Below are positions 16,641 to 24,435 of a stretch of DNA of 32,273 bases, piece by piece; the first letter of the stretch is position 1; each line of letters starts with the position of its first letter. The notes under the pieces were generated by a model. It saw only the letters and a program-made list of their open reading frames with translations, was not told the origin of the DNA and did no database searches. This DNA comes from Betaproteobacteria bacterium. Lineage in GTDB: Bacteria > Pseudomonadota > Gammaproteobacteria > Burkholderiales > SG8-39. The translations under genes and the position numbers were made by a program. Location: NCBI GenBank assembly GCA_005888925.1, contig VBCP01000089.1, positions 1-32,273 of the forward strand, in the 5' to 3' direction.

Positions 16641-18295
16641 GCGGCACGCCTCACCACGCGCGAGAGGATCTCGCTGCGCGGGCCGAAGGCTTCGACCGCG
16701 CCTTCCCGCAGCACCAGCACCTTGTCGACACCGCCGAGCAGCGAGGGACGGTGGGCGACGATGATCACGGTCACTGCCTCCGCCTTGAGGCCATGGAGCG
16801 TGGCGAGCAGCGCCTGCTCGCCGTCGTGGTCGAGGTTCGCGTTCGGCTCGTCGAGCACGATGAGGCGCGGCGTGCCGTAAAGCGCGCGCGCGAGCCCGAT
16901 GCGCTGGCGCTGCCCGGGCGAAAGCGCGCTCGCGCCTTCGCCCAGCTCGGTGTCGTAGCCCTGCGGCAGGCGCAGGATCAGCTCGTGCACGTGCGCGCGT
17001 TGCGCAGCGCGCACCACCTCGGCGTCATCGGGCTGGTCGAGACGCGCGATGTTCCGCGCGATGGTGCCCGCGAAAAGCTCGACGTCCTGCGGCAGATAAC
17101 CGAGGTGCGGTCCGAGGCTCTCCCGCGGCCACATCGAGACATCGGCGCCGTCGAGGCGCACCGCGCCGGCGCTCGGGCGCCACACGCCGATCAGCAGCCG
17201 CGCGAGGGTCGACTTGCCCGACGCGCTCGGCCCGATGATGCCGAGCGATTCGCCGGGAGCGAGCGAGAACGAGGCGCCGCGGATGATCGGGCGCTGCACG
17301 CCGCGGACGCCGAATACGAGGTTCTCCACGGCCAGGCGGCCTTCCGGCGCCGGCAGCGCAGTGTGCGGCTCCGCGGTTGCGGGCGCGGCAAAAAGCTGGC
17401 TCAGGCGCCGCCAGGCGCCGCGCGCTTCGACCAGCGCGCGCCAGCCCGCTATGAGCTGCTCCACCGGCGCGAGCGCCCGGCCGAGCAGGATGGTGGCGGC
17501 AATCATCACGCCCGCCGTGACCTGCTGGTCGATGACGATGTAGGCGCCAAGCGCGAGCATTGCGGACTGGATGAATTGGCGTGCGAACTTGGTGAGACCC
17601 GAGATCGCGGCGCCGGAGCGCGTGGCCCGCGTCTGCTCGACGAGCGCCACCTCGTTGAGCTCGACCCACCGCCGAGCGACGGCGGGCAGCATGCCAAGCG
17701 CACCAACCACCTCGGCATTGCGCAGGCTGGTATCGATGAAGCGCGCGGCGCGCCGGCCTTCGGCTTGCGAACGCTCGAGGGGCTTGCGCGTCATGCGCTC
17801 GTTGACGAAGGCAAGCGTGAGCATGACGAGCGCGCCGGCGAGCGCCATGGCGCCCATCAAGGGATGGAACAGCGTGATCACGAGCAGGAACACCGGCAGC
17901 CAAGGCGCGTCGAACAGGGCGAGGATCCCGCTGCCGCTGAAGAACCTGCGCAGGCAATGCACATCGCGCAGCGCGCTGGCGTGCTCGCGGCTGCCGAGCC
18001 GCGCCGCCTCGCCCAGCAGTCCGTCGAGCACCTTCGGCCCGAGCCTGCGGTCGAGCGCAGTGCCAAGCGCAGCCAGCAGGTACGCGCGCACTATGTCCAG
18101 CGCCGCCATGCTCACGAGCGCCATCGCCACCGCCACGCTGAGGACGAGCAGCGTCTCGTCGCTGCGGCTCGTCAGCACGCGGTCGAACACCTGCAGCATA
18201 TAGAGCGGCGGCGCGAGCAGCAGCAGGTTCATCGCCAGGCTGAAGAGCCCGGCAAAGACGAGATACGGCCGCAGCCCTGCGAGGATCTTCTGCAC
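16637..18295 (-). CDS. Type I secretion system permease/ATPase (PrtD/AprD type, no C39 peptidase domain)
   Basis: LYMLQVFDRVL N-terminal motif, Walker A GPSASGKST, signature LSPGQRQR, Walker B LIVLDEP. GTG start. Confidence 0.9.
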   Translation of the reverse strand: MQKILAGLRPYLVFAGLFSLAMNLLLLAPPLYMLQVFDRVLTSRSDETLLVLSVAVAMALVSMAALDIVRAYLLAALGTALDRRLGPKVLDGLLGEAARLGSREHASALRDVHCLRRFFSGSGILALFDAPWLPVFLLVITLFHPLMGAMALAGALVMLTLAFVNERMTRKPLERSQAEGRRAARFIDTSLRNAEVVGALGMLPAVARRWVELNEVALVEQTRATRSGAAISGLTKFARQFIQSAMLALGAYIVIDQQVTAGVMIAATILLGRALAPVEQLIAGWRALVEARGAWRRLSQLFAAPATAEPHTALPAPEGRLAVENLVFGVRGVQRPIIRGASFSLAPGESLGIIGPSASGKSTLARLLIGVWRPSAGAVRLDGADVSMWPRESLGPHLGYLPQDVELFAGTIARNIARLDQPDDAEVVRAAQRAHVHELILRLPQGYDTELGEGASALSPGQRQRIGLARALYGTPRLIVLDEPNANLDHDGEQALLATLHGLKAEAVTVIIVAHRPSLLGGVDKVLVLREGAVEAFGPRSEILSRVVRRAA

Positions 18296-18380
18296 AGCGG
18301 CACTTTTTCAGAACCCACGTGCCACTGCCATGCCGGCGGCATGGCCGATCGGCCTATGTCACCGATGCGCGACAGCCGAG

Positions 18381-19172
18381 CTAGTCGATGCGCAACTCCA
18401 CGTCGCCCAGCCTATCGACCGAGAACTTCACGAGGTCGCCGGCCTGGACGGTCTTGGTGGTGATGATGCTGCCGGTGATGACGACGTCGCGGAACACCAG
18501 GCCGCGGCCGTGCGCCGCGAGATGGTTGGCGATCCAGGCGAGCGCGTCGAGCGGATGGCCCATGGCGGCCGCGCCCAGGCCCTCGCCCACCACTTTGCCG
18601 TTGATCGTGGCAATGCCACGCACGGCGGCAAGGTCGAGAGCGCTCCAATTCGTCACCGGTACGCCCAGGACGGCACCCTCGTTCCAGCCGTTGTCCGCGA
18701 TCAGCTCGAGCGGATGCCTTGCCAGCTGGCCATAGTCGGCATCGCGGTCGTCGGCGATCTCGATCGCCGGCATCACGGCCTGCACGAAGGGGGCGACGCT
18801 CGAGCGCGTGTAAGGCGCGTCCGCCACCGGCAGGTCGGCGGCCATCTGCACCGCGATCTCGAATTCGACGATCAGGTGGACGTAATCGATTGCCCGCAGC
18901 TTGGCCGGCGTGCGATGCAGCGTCGACTCGAGCATCACGCCGGCCTGCGGCTCGTCGACGCCGACGAAGCGCTGCATCTCCTTCGAGGAGAGCGCGATCT
19001 TGTAGCCGGCGACGGCGCCCAGCTGCTCCGCGCGAAGGGCGACGAAGTAGTCCTGGATGGCGTAGGCCTCCTCGGCCGTGCGCGGCGCGAGCTCCGCCGG
19101 CAGCGGCGTGAAAGGCTCGCGGCGCTGATGCGCTTCGAACAGGCGCTGCGCGGCGAGTTTGGGTTTCCGCAT
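18381..19172 (-). CDS. 2-keto-4-pentenoate hydratase family protein (MhpD/HpcG-like, FAH superfamily)
   Basis: EEAYAIQD, AGYKIALSS, EFEIAV, ITGS pattern. Confidence 0.8.
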   Translation of the reverse strand: MRKPKLAAQRLFEAHQRREPFTPLPAELAPRTAEEAYAIQDYFVALRAEQLGAVAGYKIALSSKEMQRFVGVDEPQAGVMLESTLHRTPAKLRAIDYVHLIVEFEIAVQMAADLPVADAPYTRSSVAPFVQAVMPAIEIADDRDADYGQLARHPLELIADNGWNEGAVLGVPVTNWSALDLAAVRGIATINGKVVGEGLGAAAMGHPLDALAWIANHLAAHGRGLVFRDVVITGSIITTKTVQAGDLVKFSVDRLGDVELRID

Positions 19173-19181
19173 GAGGGACCC

Positions 19182-19187
19182 TAGAAT
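19182..19187 (+). promoter_or_regulatory. -10-like hexamer TAGAAT, 5 nt upstream of the STAS gene ATG
   Basis: It is the only AT-rich element in the 20-nt divergent spacer. No Shine-Dalgarno is possible. Confidence 0.3.
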
Positions 19188-19192
19188 ATCTC

Positions 19193-19567
19193 ATGCCTCT
19201 CTCCCACCGGAGCTACGGCGCGGCGCGCGTGGTGTCGCCGCGCGGCCGGCTCGATCACGACAATTGCGAGGGCTTCCAGCGCGACCTCGCGGCGCAGCTC
19301 GACGCGTGCACGCAGGAGGGCGCGGCGCTGGTGCTCGATATGTCGGGCATCGAATACGTCTCGAGCGCGGGCCTGCGCTGCCTGATGATCGCCGCGAAGC
19401 AGGCCGCGACGCGCGCGAGCCGCATCGTGGTCGCCTCGCCGCAGCCGGTGGTCGCCGAAATCCTGCAGATCAGCCGCTTCAATCTAGTGCTGCCGGTGTT
19501 CGGCACGACGCGCGAGGCGCTCGCTTCGATCTCGCCGCAGGCGGCGCAGGCCTTCGACAAGGGCTGA
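19193..19567 (+). CDS. STAS-domain anti-sigma-factor antagonist (RsbV/SpoIIAA-like)
   Basis: 124 aa. LVLDMSGIEYVSSAGLRCL with the conserved Ser position. Confidence 0.85.
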   Translation: MPLSHRSYGAARVVSPRGRLDHDNCEGFQRDLAAQLDACTQEGAALVLDMSGIEYVSSAGLRCLMIAAKQAATRASRIVVASPQPVVAEILQISRFNLVLPVFGTTREALASISPQAAQAFDKG

Positions 19568-19574
19568 GCGCGCC

Positions 19575-20484
19575 ATGCGCGTACGCTTCTGGGGTACGCG
19601 CGGCTCGATCCCGGTCGCCGGCCTCGGGACGGCGCTTCGAGTCCTACGGCGAGGCATATGCCTTCGCCCAGGAGGCGCTGCCCTTCTCGGTGAGCCACAG
19701 CTTCGGCGGCCACACCTCGTGCGTCGAATTCGAGACCGGCCACGCCGAGTACTTCGTCTGCGACATGGGCAGCGGCGCGCGCGCCTTCGGCGAGCACATC
19801 CTCGCGCGCCAGGGCGAGCGTCCCGCGACGGTGAATGTCTTCATGTCGCACGTGCACTGGGACCACATCATGGGCTTCCCGTTTTTCGGCCCGGCCTACG
19901 TCCCGGGGACGCGGATCCGCATCCATGGCTGCCACGACATCCTCGAGCACGCGTTTCGCCTGCAGCAGTCGCCGCCCTGCTTCCCGGTGTCGTTCGAGCA
20001 GCTCGGCGCGACCATCGAGTTCGTCCGGCTGGCCGCGGGCAAGCCGTTCCATGTTTCCGGCCTGAGCGTGACGCCGCAGCTGCAGCGCCACTCCGGCGAC
20101 TCGTACGGCTACCGCTTCGAGATCGGCGGCCGCAGCATCGTCTACACCACCGATTCGGAGCACAAGCTCGAGGATCGCGTGCAGACCGCGGCCATCGTCG
20201 CCTTCTTCCGCGATGCGGATCTCGTCATCTTCGACGCCATGTACTCCCTGGCGGAGGCGATCTCGGTGAAGGAGGACTGGGGCCATTCCAGCAACGTGGT
20301 GGGGGTCGAGCTCTGCCAGATGGCGGGCGCAAAGCACCTGGTGCTCTTCCACCACGAGCCCGCCAACAGCGACGCGGCGATCGAGGGCGCGCTGCGCGAC
20401 GCCCGCCGCCTGGAGGAGCTGACGCGCGGCGCGCAACCGCTGCGCGTCTCCGCCGCGCACGACGGGCTGGAGATCGATCTCTGA
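19575..20484 (+). pseudogene. MBL-fold metallo-hydrolase; frame-disrupted near the 5' end
   Basis: MRVRFWGTRGSIPVA is in one frame. The remainder (RRFESYGEAY...GGHTSCVEF...SHVHWDHIMG...HHEP) is in another. The change lies at about 19615-19630. Confidence 0.75.
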
Positions 20485-20488
20485 GTTT

Positions 20489-20493
20489 GAGGG
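20489..20493 (+). promoter_or_regulatory. Shine-Dalgarno-like GAGGG, 7 nt upstream of in-frame CTG 20501
   Basis: Read directly from the sequence. There is no in-frame ATG/GTG/TTG between the upstream in-frame region and Met 20630, yet the CHASE2-like N-terminal TM segment is encoded upstream of 20630. Confidence 0.4.
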
Positions 20494-20500
20494 TTTTCGT

Positions 20501-22415
20501 CTGAGGTTCGGCTCGGGCCCGCGCGCGGTCGGCACCGGTCTCGCCGCGGCGCTGTGCCTGCTCGTCGGCCTGGAACCGCCGCCGCTCGGCGCCCTGCGCG
20601 ACACGGTCTTCGACGGCTACCAGAAGCTGATGCCGCGCAGCCGCGCCACGGCCCCGGCAGTGATCGTCGCCATCGACGAGCGCGCGCTCGACGCGCGCGG
20701 CCAGTGGCCCTGGCCGCGCAACGTGCTCGCGCAGCTGGTCGACGCGATCAACGCGGCGCGACCGGCCGCCCTGGGCATCGATCTGCTGTTCGTCGAGCCC
20801 GATCGCTCTTCGGCAGGCGCCGATGCCGTGCTCGCGCAGGCCATCCAGCGCGGGAAGGTGGTGATGGGGATCGCCGGCCTGGAATACCGCGACCGGCGCT
20901 ATCCGTTCCCGCCGCAGGCGGCGCCGACGCGCGTTGCGACCAAGCGCGAGCTGCCGCTGCGCCGCTTCGACGGGCACCTGCAGAGCCGCGCGGAGATCAA
21001 CCGCGCCGCGGACGGCCGGGGCCTCATCAGCTCCGACGCGAAGGAGATCGTGCGGCGCGTGCCGCTCGCTGCGCGCATCGGCCAGGTGATCGTGCCCGCG
21101 CTCTCCATCGAGATGATCCGCGTCGCGGTCGGCGCGCCGCTCCTGCGGCTCACGGATCAGGGCGGCGAGCGCGTGACACTGGGGATCGGCGATCTCAGCG
21201 TGCCGCTGCAGTCCGACGGCTCGCTGCACGTCTACTTCGGCCACCACGATGCCGAGCGCTTCGTCTCGGCCGAGGACGTGCTCAGCGGGCCTGGGCTTGC
21301 TCGACTACCAGATTACGGCGCTCGGCGAGCGCATCCCCGGCGTCGAGGTGCACGCGCAGATCCTCGAGCAGATCTTCGATGGCGAGTATCTGCGCCGCCC
21401 GACCGGCGCGACCTGGATCGAGGCGGCGCTGCTTGCTGCGGCGGGTTTGGTTCTGGTCATCTGTGTCCCCATCGTCCGACCGTGGGTCTCGGCAAGCCTG
21501 CTCGCGGCATTGCTCGGGGCGCTGGCGGCGACCGGGCTCGTCGCGTTCCGCGCGGGATCCCTGTTGAACGTCGCGGCGCCGGCCCTCGGCGCGGCGTTCC
21601 TGTTCGCGACGCTCCTCGCCTCGACCCTCGCCGAGGCCGACCGCCAGCGGCGCCTGCTGCGCGAGGCGCAGGCCCGGGTGGCGGGCGAGCTCGAAGCGGC
21701 GCGCCGCATCCAGATGGGCCTGCTGCCCGCGCCGCGCGAGCTCTTCGCCGCCGAGCGGCGCTTCTCGCTCGAGGCCCTCCTCGAGCCGGCGCGCACCGTC
21801 GGCGGCGACTTCTACGACTGCTTCATGCTCGACCCGCACCACCTCTTCTTCCTCGTCGGCGACGTCTCGGGCAAAGGCCTGGCGGCGAGCCTTTTCATGG
21901 CCCTGTCGAAGTCGCTGCTGAAGAGCCTGGCGCTGCGCGGCGCGCGCGACCCGGCGGAAATCTTCAACCAGGCGAACGCCGAGATCAGCCGCGACAACCC
22001 CGAGTCGCTCTTCGTCACCGCCTTCGCCGGCGTGCTCGACGCGCGCAACGGCCGCCTCGCCTTCTGCAGCGCCGGGCACGAACCGCCGGTGGCGTGCCAG
22101 CCCGGCGGCGCGCCGCAGCGGCTGATGCAGTCGGGCGGGCCGCCGCTCTGCGTGATCCGCGACTTCGCCTATTCCGCGAGCGAGCTCGAGCTCGAGCCGG
22201 GCGGCTGGCTCTGCGTCGTCACCGACGGCGTGACGGAGGCGATGAACGAACGCGGCGAGCTGTATGGCGCCGCACGACTGCTTGAGACGGTACGAGGTCT
22301 AGCAGAACCGGGCGCGATCGCCGCAGCGGTGCGCGACGATGTCAGGCGCTTCGCCGGGAAGGCGGAGCAGTCCGATGACCTGACGCTGCTTTGCGTGCGC
22401 CGGAACGGCGCCTAG
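20501..22415 (+). pseudogene. CHASE2 sensor - TM region - SpoIIE/PP2C phosphatase fusion (RsbU-like); frame-disrupted, with a putative CTG start
   Basis: CHASE2-like N-terminal part (VIVAIDERALDARGQWPWPR...GIDLLF...) runs to about 21290. A shifted frame then carries GLLDYQITALGERIPGVEVHAQ, three TM helices and the PP2C motifs (GGDFYD, GDVSGKG, TDGVTEA, DDLTLL). A GAGGG Shine-Dalgarno lies 7 nt before CTG 20501. Confidence 0.75.
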
Positions 22416-22996
22416 CGGACGTTGATCTCGACGCGGCGGTTGCGCGGCTCGTCGACGTCGTCGGCTGTCGGAATCAGGAGCTCGCGCTCGCCGCGCCCGG
22501 CGGTGCGGATGCGCCCGGCCGGGATGCCGATATCGACGAGAAAGCCCTTCACCGTCTCGGCGCGCTGCGCCGAGAGCCGATCGTTGCCCGCGGCATCGCC
22601 CACGGTGTCGGTATGGCCGATCACCAGCACGTCGGGCAGCGGGCGGTCCTTGAGCGCGGCGAGCACGTTCTGCAGCTCGGCCTTCGACTCCGGGGTGAGC
22701 TCGTCCGTGCCGGTGATGAAGTGCAGCATGAATGCCGTGGGCCGCGCCGGCAGCGCCTGCAGCGTGGCGCCAAAGTTTTCGCGCACCTCGGCATCGGAGA
22801 GGCGCGCGACTTCGGCCTCGCCGGTGCGGCTCGCGGCGTACGGCTGGTCGAGGACCTGCCGGGTCTCGCCGCGCTGCACGACTACCGTGCCTACTTTGCC
22901 GTCGGGGCCGGGCAGCACCACCACCGTTTCGTTCGTGGCCGGACGCATGAGGAACAGCGCCAGGCCGATCGCGGCCGCGACGACCAGGACTCCCAA
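22412..22996 (-). CDS. OmpA-C-like (peptidoglycan-binding) domain protein with an N-terminal TM anchor
   Basis: VIGHTDTVGDAAGNDRLSAQRAETV...NRRVEI. TTG start directly after the fecR-like stop. Confidence 0.82.
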   Translation of the reverse strand: MGVLVVAAAIGLALFLMRPATNETVVVLPGPDGKVGTVVVQRGETRQVLDQPYAASRTGEAEVARLSDAEVRENFGATLQALPARPTAFMLHFITGTDELTPESKAELQNVLAALKDRPLPDVLVIGHTDTVGDAAGNDRLSAQRAETVKGFLVDIGIPAGRIRTAGRGERELLIPTADDVDEPRNRRVEINVR

Positions 22997-23422
22997 TCAG
23001 TCGACCTTCACGATGAATTCCGTGCCGCGAACGCCCATGATCGCCGACGGCGTACGCACATGCATGGCATCAGGCGACTGCTTGACGATCTTGCCGGAGA
23101 TCACGGCAAGCGTGCCCTTGCTGAGCGTGCTGTCGAACTTGCCGGCGTGCGTGGTCGAGTCGAACACGTACTGATCGATGGCGAGGACGCTGTTCGGGCC
23201 TACAGACAGGAGGCTGTTGTCGGTGAAGGTCACGCCGACGGTGCCATCGGCCCCGGTCACCAGCTTGTCGGCCTGCTGCACCGGCATGCCCACGCGCACC
23301 GGCAGGCGCTCCGCGCCGCGCTCGAGATGCGCGGCGCCGCGCGCGACTTTCACCTCGCCAACGTCGGCGGCCCACGCGGTCGCCGTGAAGCCGAGCAGGA
23401 CTGCAGCCATCGTGAAGCGCAT
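22997..23422 (-). CDS. FecR-domain periplasmic protein
   Basis: Signal peptide MRFTMAAVLLGFTATAWA. FecR-like core (VKVARGAAHLERG...PVRVGMPVQQADKLVTGADGTVGVTFTDNSLLSVGPNS..., VRGTEF). GGGAG Shine-Dalgarno upstream. Confidence 0.8.
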   Translation of the reverse strand: MRFTMAAVLLGFTATAWAADVGEVKVARGAAHLERGAERLPVRVGMPVQQADKLVTGADGTVGVTFTDNSLLSVGPNSVLAIDQYVFDSTTHAGKFDSTLSKGTLAVISGKIVKQSPDAMHVRTPSAIMGVRGTEFIVKVD

Positions 23423-23455
23423 ATAGGACTCCCAAGGGGTTGTTTTTTCGGATTC

Positions 23456-23461
23456 TATAAT
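23456..23461 (+). promoter_or_regulatory. -10 consensus TATAAT, 12 nt upstream of ATG 23474 of the RsbW-like gene
   Basis: Perfect consensus hexamer in the fecR/rsbW-like divergent spacer. No clear -35 or Shine-Dalgarno. Confidence 0.35.
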
Positions 23462-23473
23462 GCGCGCAACCCC

Positions 23474-23830
23474 ATGGCCGACCGCGTGAAAAATGCCCGT
23501 TCAGCAATGTTTCTTGCACGCCTCGCCGAGCTGCGCAGCATCGGCTCGTTCCTGGAGGGCTTTTGCGCCGACAGCCAGCTCGAGCGCGAGCGCTGCCTGC
23601 GCCTCAACCTGGTGCTCGAGGAACTGTTCATCAATACCGTGAACCACGGTCACCGCGGCGATTGCGACGCGCCCATCTGGATCCTGCTCGACGCGCAGCC
23701 GCAGGCCGTGCACCTGACCTACGAGGACACCGCTCCCCCGTTCGTGCTGCTTACGCGCGAACTCGCGGCCGCGCGCGACTACGCCTATCTCTTCGGCCGC
23801 AACCGCATCCGGCTCTCGCTGCTTCGGTAA
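23474..23830 (+). CDS. Small GHKL-type anti-sigma regulatory factor / Ser kinase-like protein (RsbW/SpoIIAB-like), apparently lacking the G2 (GGxG) box
   Basis: N-box LVLEELFINTVNHG, G1-like YEDTAPPF, C-terminal YAYLFGRNRIRLSL. Start ATG 23474 or 23507. Confidence 0.65.
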   Translation: MADRVKNARSAMFLARLAELRSIGSFLEGFCADSQLERERCLRLNLVLEELFINTVNHGHRGDCDAPIWILLDAQPQAVHLTYEDTAPPFVLLTRELAAARDYAYLFGRNRIRLSLLR

Positions 23831-23840
23831 ACCTGAGGCG

Positions 23841-24383
<543 letters not shown>

Positions 24384-24435
24384 CTAGCCGAGCGGGTCGT
24401 CAAAGTCGCACGAAGCACCGTAGGTTTGATCTCCG

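Noticed and set aside
18311-18345. Sigma-54-like element (minus strand TGGCACGTGGGTTCT) and an adjacent 8-bp hairpin (GCCATGCC-GGC-GGCATGGC) upstream of the T1SS ABC gene
   Set aside because: The -12 element reads TTCT, not TTGC, so the conserved GC is absent. The predicted start site would lie only ~5 nt from the GTG start. The hairpin has no U-tract. Not enough support to call a promoter or terminator.
15156-18463. 574-aa and 570-aa plus-strand ORFs antisense to the HlyD and ABC genes
   Set aside because: Shadow ORFs in GC-rich DNA. The minus-strand products carry Walker A/B, the ABC signature and the HlyD architecture.
19255-21247. 449-aa and 340-aa minus-strand ORFs across the STAS/MBL/CHASE2 region
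   Set aside because: Arg/Ala-rich shadow ORFs. The plus strand carries the recognisable domains.
22391-23473. Long 5' extension of the RsbW-like ORF (track ORF 22391-23830)
   Set aside because: It runs antisense through the ompA-like and fecR-like genes. Only the last ~110-120 codons look like a GHKL protein.
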